Sequence record: MW845759.1 | Direction: 5' to 3' (one strand) | Length of the DNA stretch: 64,000 nucleotides | Part shown: positions 9,184 to 17,600 of the stretch, one piece after another | Numbering within the stretch: the stretch's first letter is position 1 | How the letters are laid out: each line of letters opens with the position of its first letter | Made by a program: the position numbers and the translations under genes | Notes under the pieces: generated by a model | Database searches by the model: none | Told to the model about the DNA's origin: nothing | Seen by the model: the letters and a program-made list of their open reading frames with translations, nothing else

Positions 9184-10492
9184 TAGGCTTTTCCTGTTTT
9201 GCATGAACGTGTGGTTGAACAGCCTCTGGTTTCGCGCCAGAGAGTTTTGGAAGTTTGTTTTCCTGCGAGGCTTTAACACGGCACTCGTAGCAGTTGCACG
9301 ACAACGGTTTGAACTGGTCGCCATAGGTACCAAAACGACGTTCCCACCATTGGGCAGTTAACAGCTTAGCGGTGGTCCAGCCGCACTGGCGACGTTCCGA
9401 GTGATACTGCTTACGCGCATCCTCTTCACCGTCACCATTCTCGTACGCTGCAGCTACGCAGGACGCACAGATGTGTTTGGCCGGGCAGCCCAGACAAGCA
9501 TCGGGGTACGACTGCCACTGGGTCTGGACTTCGTTCAGGAGCTTACCGCCGTCGGTGTTGACAATCTCACGACCCACGAGCTTCGCAATTGCCTGACGGG
9601 TGGTTACGGTGGACATGAAGCGGTTACAACCGTAGATGTTACGGTCAAAGCCGAGGCAGGTCATGTGAACCGTGGTACCACAGTGCGGTTTCAGACGTTC
9701 AGGGTCGTAACGAATCTGATCGTTATGCTGTAACATCTCACGCCATTCCGGAGCCCACATGTTATCGATGTTCATACCACGAGGGGTGATGTGCCCCATC
9801 TCAGCGGTCGGGTCTAAGTGCAGACCTTTACCAATCCAGTATTCCAGCACTTCAATCATCTGGTTAGAGATGCCGAGTGCCATATCACGTGGAATGATGT
9901 CTTCGAAAATCATGTTACCGTAAATAGTGCCGCCACCAGACTGGTCAATCAGCGACTTCATGGACGCCGCGTAATGCTTCAGCGTGTCATGGGTAAAGGT
10001 CGCTTTAATCCCGAGGTCGTTGATTTTCATCGACTTCAGGTAATGATAACCTTCCAGCGCTTTCTCGTAGGAACCTTTACGAGAGGTGGTGAAGATACGG
10101 TGACGGTCGTGGGTTTCCGGCAGACCATCGATTGACACGCCGATAGACAGTTTCGGATACCAGCGCTCAATGATTGAACGGTTTAACGGCTTATCAAAAA
10201 GCGTTCCGTTCGTGGAGATGGAGAACATGTATGGGCGGTTATCACGCGCCGCTAACATCTCTGCAGTTTCGAAGGCCGCAATCAGCAGCTTCGGTTGCAG
10301 GAACGGTTCCCCACCGATAATGTCGATAATCGCGCCGCCTACATTCGGCTTGCCGCGGTCACGGTCAAAACAGGCGTGGATGAAGTCAACCACGTCATCT
10401 ACACGGTTGTTACGCGGGAACTTGCGCTCGTAGCAATAATCGCAATCGAGGTTACACGACAAGTTCGTAACAATCTGATACGTTACGTCCAT
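9146..10492 (-). CDS. Radical SAM enzyme with SPASM-type domain; predicted peptide maturase
   Basis: CNLDCDYC, GGEP, STNGT, SIDG motifs; C-terminal C-x7-C-x9-C ... CxxC-x5-C-xx-C ... C; extra CNCYEC tail. Confidence 0.9.
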   Translation of the reverse strand: MDVTYQIVTNLSCNLDCDYCYERKFPRNNRVDDVVDFIHACFDRDRGKPNVGGAIIDIIGGEPFLQPKLLIAAFETAEMLAARDNRPYMFSISTNGTLFDKPLNRSIIERWYPKLSIGVSIDGLPETHDRHRIFTTSRKGSYEKALEGYHYLKSMKINDLGIKATFTHDTLKHYAASMKSLIDQSGGGTIYGNMIFEDIIPRDMALGISNQMIEVLEYWIGKGLHLDPTAEMGHITPRGMNIDNMWAPEWREMLQHNDQIRYDPERLKPHCGTTVHMTCLGFDRNIYGCNRFMSTVTTRQAIAKLVGREIVNTDGGKLLNEVQTQWQSYPDACLGCPAKHICASCVAAAYENGDGEEDARKQYHSERRQCGWTTAKLLTAQWWERRFGTYGDQFKPLSCNCYECRVKASQENKLPKLSGAKPEAVQPHVHAKQEKPNAVIDDSQFYSA

Positions 10493-10505
10493 TACAACAT
10501 CCCCC

Positions 10506-11381
10506 TCAGGACTGTGGCAAATTTAGGTAGGTGTGCAGATACTTGTAAGCCTCTACACCGATGATTTGGGCCATGGCATTACAGCCTGAGTTGACGTAGA
10601 AGTCTACGTTCTCATTGTGCTTAATGTCACCGTTGGGTTCTACCAGTTTCAGCTGACCGCAAGCGTTACAGTTGGTGTGGTCGAAGAACTTCTCCAGACG
10701 GAACACCGTATTGATACCGTTAACGCTATTGAGATGCTGCATCTGTTCTTCAATACGCTTGTAGCCGTAAATGAAGTTCAGCACGTGGTCCTGATTGAGA
10801 GGTTTGTGCATCAGTTTATCAAACGTCAGGGTCATAGCACCCACACGTAAGTGATGCAGCGCAGCATGCAGGCGCATGGTGTCTTCAAACCAGCGCGGTT
10901 TGCTAACGTGTTCGCGGGTCAATACGCCCCACGTAACAACATTGTCCAGCGCGTGCATGACTTCAAACGCTTCGTGCGCCCCTTCTTCCACAAACGCCAT
11001 CAGACTGCGCTCACCGCCTTCAAAATGGTCGATGGAGACGATGATGCGGTCAAACGTTTTCAGGAAGTCGAGCTGCGAGAGTTTGAGTTTTCGGCCGTTG
11101 GTAAACAGCAGGTGTTTTGCGGAAGGCACTTGCTCACGTGCTTCGCCTACAAAGTCAACTAACTTCTGGTAGGCCAATAACGGTTCGCCGCCCGTCCACA
11201 GGAATTCCTCTACTTGAGGATTTTCTTTTATAATGTCCACCATTGCCTCTTTGTGTTTTGTTTTCGAAACATCACCCTTGGCCATGTGAGCTGCCCCTCC
11301 ACAGAAGGAGCAGTTCAGGTTGCACTTAGACGTCAGGGCAATGTCAATCATGGTAGCAGACGACTTAGGGGTATCGTGCAT
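10506..11381 (-). CDS. Second radical SAM enzyme (short C-terminal Cys motif)
   Basis: CNLNCSFC, TGGEPLL, FTNG, VSID motifs; C-terminal CNAC...C; likely start MHDTP at 11381. Confidence 0.88.
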   Translation of the reverse strand: MHDTPKSSATMIDIALTSKCNLNCSFCGGAAHMAKGDVSKTKHKEAMVDIIKENPQVEEFLWTGGEPLLAYQKLVDFVGEAREQVPSAKHLLFTNGRKLKLSQLDFLKTFDRIIVSIDHFEGGERSLMAFVEEGAHEAFEVMHALDNVVTWGVLTREHVSKPRWFEDTMRLHAALHHLRVGAMTLTFDKLMHKPLNQDHVLNFIYGYKRIEEQMQHLNSVNGINTVFRLEKFFDHTNCNACGQLKLVEPNGDIKHNENVDFYVNSGCNAMAQIIGVEAYKYLHTYLNLPQS

Positions 11382-12303
11382 CAGGGTTTTTGTTCCACAG
11401 ATTTTCCATGAACGCGAATAACGGGTCGGAGACACGAACGTCTTCACCCGGGACGATCAGTTTCGGGTCATGGTACGCTTTAAGAATAGCATCCAGCACC
11501 TTGTTGCGATCGTTTAAACGCAGCAGCTCATCCACCGTCACGGTCTGACGGGTAAAGGAACTGACCGCATTTTGCTCTTCGGCCGACAGCAGACCCGCTT
11601 CATTGACTTTACCGACCAAGAAGGTCAGCACACGATGTAAGTCCGCGGTAGTGTTAGGTTGCTCACCGTACTCATACTGCAACAGATAGTTGGTCCACGG
11701 CTTACGAATGCGTTTGGTAATCTCATGCGCATCGGTAATTGCGGTCCACTTCATATCACGGTGGTCCCATGTAAATTTATAGGAATACGCGAGCAGGTCG
11801 GCCAGACAGTCAATACCTAACTCTTCGTACCCTTCAACCGGGTAGTAACGCTCGAGGTTGAAATAGCCGTCATCAACGGTACCTTCTTCAACCAGCGTAT
11901 AATAGAACGGGAACGACGACGGGTATTCCCAGTTCCACTGACGCTGAATCATCGGTTTCATGCCGTGTTCTTTGAACGAGGCAAACACCATCTCCAGCGG
12001 CATGGAATAGTTCAGCACCGCATCCGTGAAGTAATACTTTTCATTGACGAGCTTACCGACGTACTCCGTCGTGCCGTCGAGGTTGTACAGAATTTTAATC
12101 CGTAACCCATCCGGCGTGGTAAACTCTTCACGCACTTCTGCATGATTTAAAATATCACGCGGACGCAGACGAGGAAATTCACCCGGGTTCATGCAAATCA
12201 AACGCAGGCGATCATTCACGTGGTCGTTTACCGCATCGGGCAGCCCAAGATGGATTGGGTAGTTAAAGTTGGTACGAAACGCCAAGTGTTCATTATTCTT
12301 CAC
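11365..12303 (-). CDS. Hypothetical accessory protein of the radical SAM cluster
   Basis: 312 aa, GTG start with RBS taaggag 10 nt after the preceding stop; aromatic-rich; no recognised motif. Confidence 0.75.
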   Translation of the reverse strand: MKNNEHLAFRTNFNYPIHLGLPDAVNDHVNDRLRLICMNPGEFPRLRPRDILNHAEVREEFTTPDGLRIKILYNLDGTTEYVGKLVNEKYYFTDAVLNYSMPLEMVFASFKEHGMKPMIQRQWNWEYPSSFPFYYTLVEEGTVDDGYFNLERYYPVEGYEELGIDCLADLLAYSYKFTWDHRDMKWTAITDAHEITKRIRKPWTNYLLQYEYGEQPNTTADLHRVLTFLVGKVNEAGLLSAEEQNAVSSFTRQTVTVDELLRLNDRNKVLDAILKAYHDPKLIVPGEDVRVSDPLFAFMENLWNKNPDARYP

Positions 12304-12313
12304 GGATAGCTCC

Positions 12314-12523
12314 TTACGATGGCCACGTTACCGCTTTAGTGCCACCTGATGCTGACCAGCTGCAGCTGCCGTTACAACGGTAGGCCCCAGCCGGAATATT
12401 GTTTAAACGGTTCGCGTTATTCACCGTCCCCCGCGTGGCGATATAGTTATTCGCAGACGCAGTCGTGATGTACCCTTCGAGACGGGCGATTTGTTGCGCA
12501 ACCTCGTTCAGTGAAACAGCCAT
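12314..12523 (-). CDS. Short paralog of the Cys-repeat proteins (2 Cys only)
   Basis: RBS taaggag; MAVSLNEV leader, NANRLNN, RCNGSCSWS. Confidence 0.8.
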   Translation of the reverse strand: MAVSLNEVAQQIARLEGYITTASANNYIATRGTVNNANRLNNIPAGAYRCNGSCSWSASGGTKAVTWPS

Positions 12524-12532
12524 AGCGACTCC

Positions 12533-12931
12533 TTACGGTCCTGAGCAACCAGAGCATCCCGTACAAGACGACGAACAGCTACCAGAGCAGCCGCCTGAAC
12601 AGCCTCCCGAACAACTTGTAGAGCACGTACCGGAACAGGTTCCCGTACAGTTACCCGAACAACCCCCAGCACAACCACCGGTGCAGTTAGACGAGCACGA
12701 ACCGCCGCACGTCCCTGAACAAGTGCCTGTACAACCGCCAGAACATGCAGAGCCGCATGACCAGCTACAAGTGCCGCCACAGTGGTAATAGTTGGCGTCT
12801 TGACCGGCTAATCGGTCGACGTTGTTTGAAGTTTTACCGCCGATGTACGCTTGAACCCCTGCTTCTGTTTTCAGTGCAGCGGACTCAATGTTGTTCATCT
12901 GGTTCTTTACTGCATTAAGTGATACAGCCAT
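12533..12931 (-). CDS. CXXX-repeat Cys-rich protein 2 (putative radical SAM substrate)
   Basis: RBS taaggag; 50-aa leader plus 82-aa core with 21 Cys in Gly/Ser/Thr-rich CXXX repeats. Confidence 0.88.
   Translation of the reverse strand: MAVSLNAVKNQMNNIESAALKTEAGVQAYIGGKTSNNVDRLAGQDANYYHCGGTCSWSCGSACSGGCTGTCSGTCGGSCSSNCTGGCAGGCSGNCTGTCSGTCSTSCSGGCSGGCSGSCSSSCTGCSGCSGP
12536..12781 (-). repeat. Coding CXXX tandem repeat (12-nt period)
   Basis: 18 CXXX units followed by CTG CSG CSGP. Confidence 0.9.
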
Positions 12932-12942
12932 GGTCGCTCTCC

Positions 12943-13329
12943 TTACATCGGACCAGAACAGGCCGAACAGCCCGTACAGGAACTAGAACAAGAGCCAGAG
13001 CACCCGTGACCACATCCGCCGGAGCACGATGAGGAACAAGCACTACCACAGCCACCCACGCAGGTGCCGGTACACGTGCCGGAGCAACTCCCGGAACACG
13101 TACCAGAACAACCACCGGAGCAGTTACCGGAACAACTCGAGCAACCATAGGAGCACCCAGACGAACATGTCCAGCTACAGCTACCGTTACAGCGAATGTC
13201 CCCGGGTGACATACCACCCAGATTGTTTGCGTTAAATGCTTTGGTTGCAACCTGATTGTCCACAGAAGGTCCTGTGGCCAAAGACAGTCTCGCAATTCGC
13301 GCATTAACGTCATTAAGTGAAACGGCCAT
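12943..13329 (-). CDS. CXXX-repeat Cys-rich protein 1 (putative radical SAM substrate)
   Basis: RBS aagga; 46-aa leader plus 82-aa core with 21 Cys. Confidence 0.88.
   Translation of the reverse strand: MAVSLNDVNARIARLSLATGPSVDNQVATKAFNANNLGGMSPGDIRCNGSCSWTCSSGCSYGCSSCSGNCSGGCSGTCSGSCSGTCTGTCVGGCGSACSSSCSGGCGHGCSGSCSSSCTGCSACSGPM
12946..13191 (-). repeat. Coding CXXX tandem repeat (12-nt period)
   Basis: CXXX units with one early CSS unit, ending CTG CSA CSGPM. Confidence 0.9.
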
Positions 13330-13383
13330 ATGCTTCCTTTAACGGGCGAACTCGCATAGAGTAACGCCCTGACGTTATAAGAG

Positions 13384-14583
13384 TTATCTGGTACCTGCAG
13401 CCGACTGGAGATCGTCGCGGGTAGTGAGGCTGTTGTTAACGTGAACAGCCGCTTGCACCACGCCACCGGTGTTTTTGTTGAGGTACTGGTCGTGTGGGTT
13501 AGCCGCGGATTTGTGTGCTGCGAGATCCGAGTTGGTGTTGGCCAACGCCTGCTCCAGAGCCGCGATGCGATTTTCGAGACCTTGGTTCGCTGAGCTCATG
13601 TTCGCAATCTGCTGTTTCAGGTTACTGATTTCCTGATTCGCTGCTGCAAGACCCTGAGTAAGGGTACCGAGCTGTTGCGAGAGCAGACCGACCTGCGTTT
13701 CCAGCACCAGAATCTCATCCATCAGCTCAGCAATCTGCAGCTGGGTTTTCTGGTAGTTCTGGTCGACGGTGTTCAGCTGGGTGTTCCACGTCCCAATCGA
13801 GCTAACCAGTGCGGCAATCTGCTGCGTTAAGTTAGTGTCGGTTGCACCCAGGGTGCCGATATCTTGCAGGACAGCGTTAATGCTACTCTGTACTGTTTGA
13901 ATCTGCGCCCGGACTTCGGCGGTGGAGTAAACGTCCAACTGGCCACGGGTAATGTTGTGCACGTTACCTTCAGCCGTACGGTGCTCTTCTAATGCTGACA
14001 GCATTTCTTGACGATACGCTTTGAGCATGTTCTGAATCTGCACCATTTCAGCAGACGCGCCGATACGGATAGCGTCGTTAAGCTTAGACAACAGCGTAAC
14101 AATATATTCAAAACCGAAGAAGTCGCCCATGTCACGAAATGCCGGTGCACCCGCAAACTCGTCAGGCACATCGCGCAGCTCAGCGAAGTTAATTGTGGGG
14201 TCATCTAAGTTCAGCGTATTGATACATTGAATGATGTTGTCCACGTTCGCGGCATACGGCCCACCAACAATCTGAGCCGACGCGGTAATGTCTGCTGGGA
14301 CTGTCGATTTAGTAATAACGATGGCTGTGGCAATCTCACGTCCACCGGCTTGTTTAGTCAGGGACGGGTGGAGCAGAATCACTTCGTAGTTGGTGCCCCG
14401 AACGAGTGGCTGATTAGGCGCATTCACCGGAGCCATTCGAAGCGTATCAACAAAGAACGGACCTGTCGGGAAAGCAAACGCTCGGTTAACAGTACCGGTA
14501 CCGAGTTTAATCGGATGCGATACGGCATTACTGAGGTTGGTTCCGAACAGGTCCAATGGGTATTGCATTGCTACCTTACTCAT
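13384..14583 (-). CDS. Putative short fibre/whisker protein with long coiled coil
   Basis: N-terminal YPLDLFG..N domain shared with the three large fibre proteins; roughly 130-residue Gln/Leu heptad region; H...NPH motifs. Confidence 0.7.
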   Translation of the reverse strand: MSKVAMQYPLDLFGTNLSNAVSHPIKLGTGTVNRAFAFPTGPFFVDTLRMAPVNAPNQPLVRGTNYEVILLHPSLTKQAGGREIATAIVITKSTVPADITASAQIVGGPYAANVDNIIQCINTLNLDDPTINFAELRDVPDEFAGAPAFRDMGDFFGFEYIVTLLSKLNDAIRIGASAEMVQIQNMLKAYRQEMLSALEEHRTAEGNVHNITRGQLDVYSTAEVRAQIQTVQSSINAVLQDIGTLGATDTNLTQQIAALVSSIGTWNTQLNTVDQNYQKTQLQIAELMDEILVLETQVGLLSQQLGTLTQGLAAANQEISNLKQQIANMSSANQGLENRIAALEQALANTNSDLAAHKSAANPHDQYLNKNTGGVVQAAVHVNNSLTTRDDLQSAAGTR

Positions 14584-14610
14584 CGGAAAAACTCCTTGTG
14601 GTGAGTAAAG

Positions 14611-14634
14611 AGTGGGGAGCCGAAACTCCCCACT
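14611..14634. terminator. Hairpin between tail fibre gene and short fibre gene (weak terminator or processing site)
   Basis: agtggggag-ccgaaa-ctccccact; only a weak U-tract on the minus strand. Confidence 0.5.
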
Positions 14635-14638
14635 TTAT

Positions 14639-17600
14639 TTACACGCTCAGGGTGGAATCATGAATCATAACATCAAGGACAGTTGCCGTTGTTGCATCAA
14701 AATAGATGTCAACGTACTTGCCGCCCGCGAATGCACGTTCTTCCGTCCAGAACATAACCGGAGCTTTCGCCCCGCCCGATTGACGCATTGCCAGAATATA
14801 GTCTTTCCCCGTAGGGACGACGATGGTCTGGCCGCCCACTGCATTAGTACCGGTCAACGTCGTTGGACTTGCAGGGTTAGGCAGTTTAACACCTGTCATC
14901 GCCGCATTGGATACCGCGAGTTTTGTCGTACCGTCTTGCACCAACTCGAATGCAATATAGCACGGCGAATTACCCGGGGCTTCCTTAACAACGAAGGCTA
15001 ACGCGTTGGGTTGATTTAACAGCGCACCTGTCAGTGTCAGGTTAGCGTTCCCCGACAGCGTCCCTTTGGAGACACCGTTAAGGTACACATCCACCGAATC
15101 ATCAACCTGCACGTTCAGCACCAACGATGAAGAGGTTGGCGTGAAACTGGTCTTTGTTGCCCATGCAGTTCCGGCGGCCAGTTTACTCTCCGGCAAGAGA
15201 GTAATTGCAGGCGAGGCTAATGGTGGACTATAGGCGCTAGCTCGAGTCCCAACATTCGGCCAAAGCTTCTCGGCATAGTTGGTCAGCAGCATCCACGGGA
15301 ACGCCGACGCTGGGAAAGTCAGGCGTTGGATGGCGTTGAAGTTACCGCCTAACTGGTTTGCTGTTTCCAGCGCCGCAGCTGTGCCGTAAGACTTCGTTAA
15401 ATCCGCACCCGGACGAGTGATGTTCCAGAACCGTGTAGCATTCTGAGACGTTGCCCCGTACCCGAACCGACAACTGCGTGCAAAGGTCGGCGCCGCCGTC
15501 ACCAAGTCCACTTCCGCGTATTTATACGTGGCTGTGTTTCTTAGCTGACTTAACGTTAACCCCTTCTTCGCCGCAATGATGGCGCGGATGTTGTCATCCC
15601 GCACACCGGTGGTTGGCAGTAACGCGTGTTCTACCGCGATATACAGCTTGTTACCGCGCCGTTCAGCATACACGTGCGCATACCACTTACTCCATGCCAG
15701 CAAGTCCGTGGTGTCCGCATCCAACGTAGTGATTAAACGGGAGGATGCTTGGCGGTAGTTCTCTTTGAGCTGAATCAGGCCGGACAGGTTAACGTGTGAC
15801 TCAATCGAGTTGCCGATAGCCAAACATAACGTCTGCTCTACATTAGCCGCAGTGTCTTCCTTCTTCAATGCTGCGAGCACCACCGCAACACCGTCGTTGT
15901 CACCGTCGTTAGAAGTGACGACCGTATTGAACACATAGTCGCCCACCAATTCGTCCGAGATAAAGCCCACGAACGTTGCGGTGTTTAACGTACATTCAAC
16001 AACGTCGTCCGCTGCCACGTATCTCCATGCCACTAACTCTGACTCGTTCGCAGGTTGCGCGACGGTAGAGTTGTTGTGGCTGAAACGGTACCAGCTATTA
16101 TAGATGTCTTCGAACGATGGGAAAGCAAACGAGTCTACCGTCCCTAAGTTTTCCATGTTCGAGTACAACGTATCCGGCGCCGCCGCACTTGGCAGGTAAC
16201 CGTGTGCGTAGCGGTTATCGGCATGACTCAACAGTGCACCAACGCGCCCCAGTCGTTTAACGCGACTGATTTTCGCATCTGTGATTGCATTGCTGGTCGT
16301 CGTGGCATAACCAATATACAGCCGGGAAGCGGTGTCCGGCAGCTGGGTTTTCGACACTAGATACTCAGCCACTCCAGATGCATTTAACTGCACGTGGAAA
16401 TAGAACGTTGCATCTTGGTAGTCCGTAGGGAATAGCGTTTTGAAATCGAACGTCGCCGCAGGGACAAGGTGGTCTTCCATCTTCGCAAAGAACGGAACCG
16501 CTTGCGTGATGTACAGAATCATCCCTTCTGCGACTTGCGGGCCAAAGAGTATTGTGGGGCGCCCGCCGGTTTCAAACGCAATACCTTTCCCGCTGTAAAC
16601 CGTCCCCCCGAGATAAACTCCGAGCATTACAAAACCAATTTTTGCGATCTCATCTGTTTCCTGAAGATACACATAGTCGATTTCATTATTAGACGGGTTA
16701 AACGAAATACGCGTACCTGTCCATGTTGTCAAATCTTGAGAGATTTTCAACAGGTAACTCAAGTCGGTGCTAGAGCTACTGGTATTCACACGACATAGCG
16801 TTCTTGTCCTTAATAACCAGCCGTCGGAACGCTTAATCAAACGCATCTGGCTCATCTCTGCCAAATCATTGAGCGTGACCGCAGACACCCTGAATTTCTC
16901 TTCCTTCCACACCTCGATACCACCGAGCATCGACAGCGAAATAATTCCATTGTCAAACGTCATCGGGATACGGTAGAAATAAGTGCTGTTATCAAACCCA
17001 CCGGCCGTCGCGTTCGGGGTCAGAATACAAGTTTGCAGCACGCAGAGGTTTTGTCCTCCGAAGTCAAAGATACTCAGCCAAGCGATTCGCAGCGTAGGAT
17101 CAATAGCCAACCAGCCCGGAATTTTCGCGTCTAAGAAGTTTTCAATAGCTGACCACTGCTCAGCACTGATAGTAACCCTCTCGTTGGTGATGGTGGTGGT
17201 GCCTGCGATATTTCGATACGCACGACTTTCTGCCTTTCTAAACGAAGCACCGTTGAGATAGGACTGACTACCGTTATAGACTTGTCCCAGGCGACAAATC
17301 GCTTCGTAGTCATTTTGCGACACGACCTCACGATCATTAGACGGCCCCCAACCCACATAATCCGGCACGCCGTAGGTAGTGTCCGTGTCGTACGCAATGC
17401 TCATACACGACCCGGTACTACGTTGACGAAGAAGCATTTTCTTGGCAGTGCCGCCCAAAGCCGCCATCCCGCGCATTCTAAGAATGTACGGCGAAGCGTA
17501 TGGTCCAAGCACATTCACACTGTTTCCAATTGAGTTGGTCCAATCGGCATTCCAGCGGGCGCTTTCAAACGCGTCAGCATTTGGTAAGCGGAAACGCACC

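Noticed and set aside
8620-11447. Longer ORF-track starts for 8620..9333 and 10506..11447
   Set aside because: They overlap upstream genes by 80-190 nt; shorter starts with RBS-like sequence (9183, 11381) are more plausible.
12314-12523. Possibility that the 69-aa gene is a frameshifted pseudogene of a long Cys-repeat protein
   Set aside because: Both other frames stop within a few codons after CSW, no repeat remnant follows, and the next gene's RBS abuts its stop.
12465-12788. Plus-strand Pro/Glu/Gln-repeat ORF (PEQP...) and similar 13029..13235
   Set aside because: Antisense shadow of the CXXX repeat; no RBS and opposite to a coupled minus-strand operon.
12536-13191. CRISPR-like or DNA-level tandem array
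   Set aside because: The periodicity is 12 nt and comes from codons; there are no identical 25-40-nt repeats with unique spacers.
12508-13466. Alternative minus-frame Val/Ala/Pro-rich ORFs (12508..12780, 12915..13466)
   Set aside because: Off-frame readings of the same repeats; the Cys frames have strong RBSs and conserved paralogous leaders.
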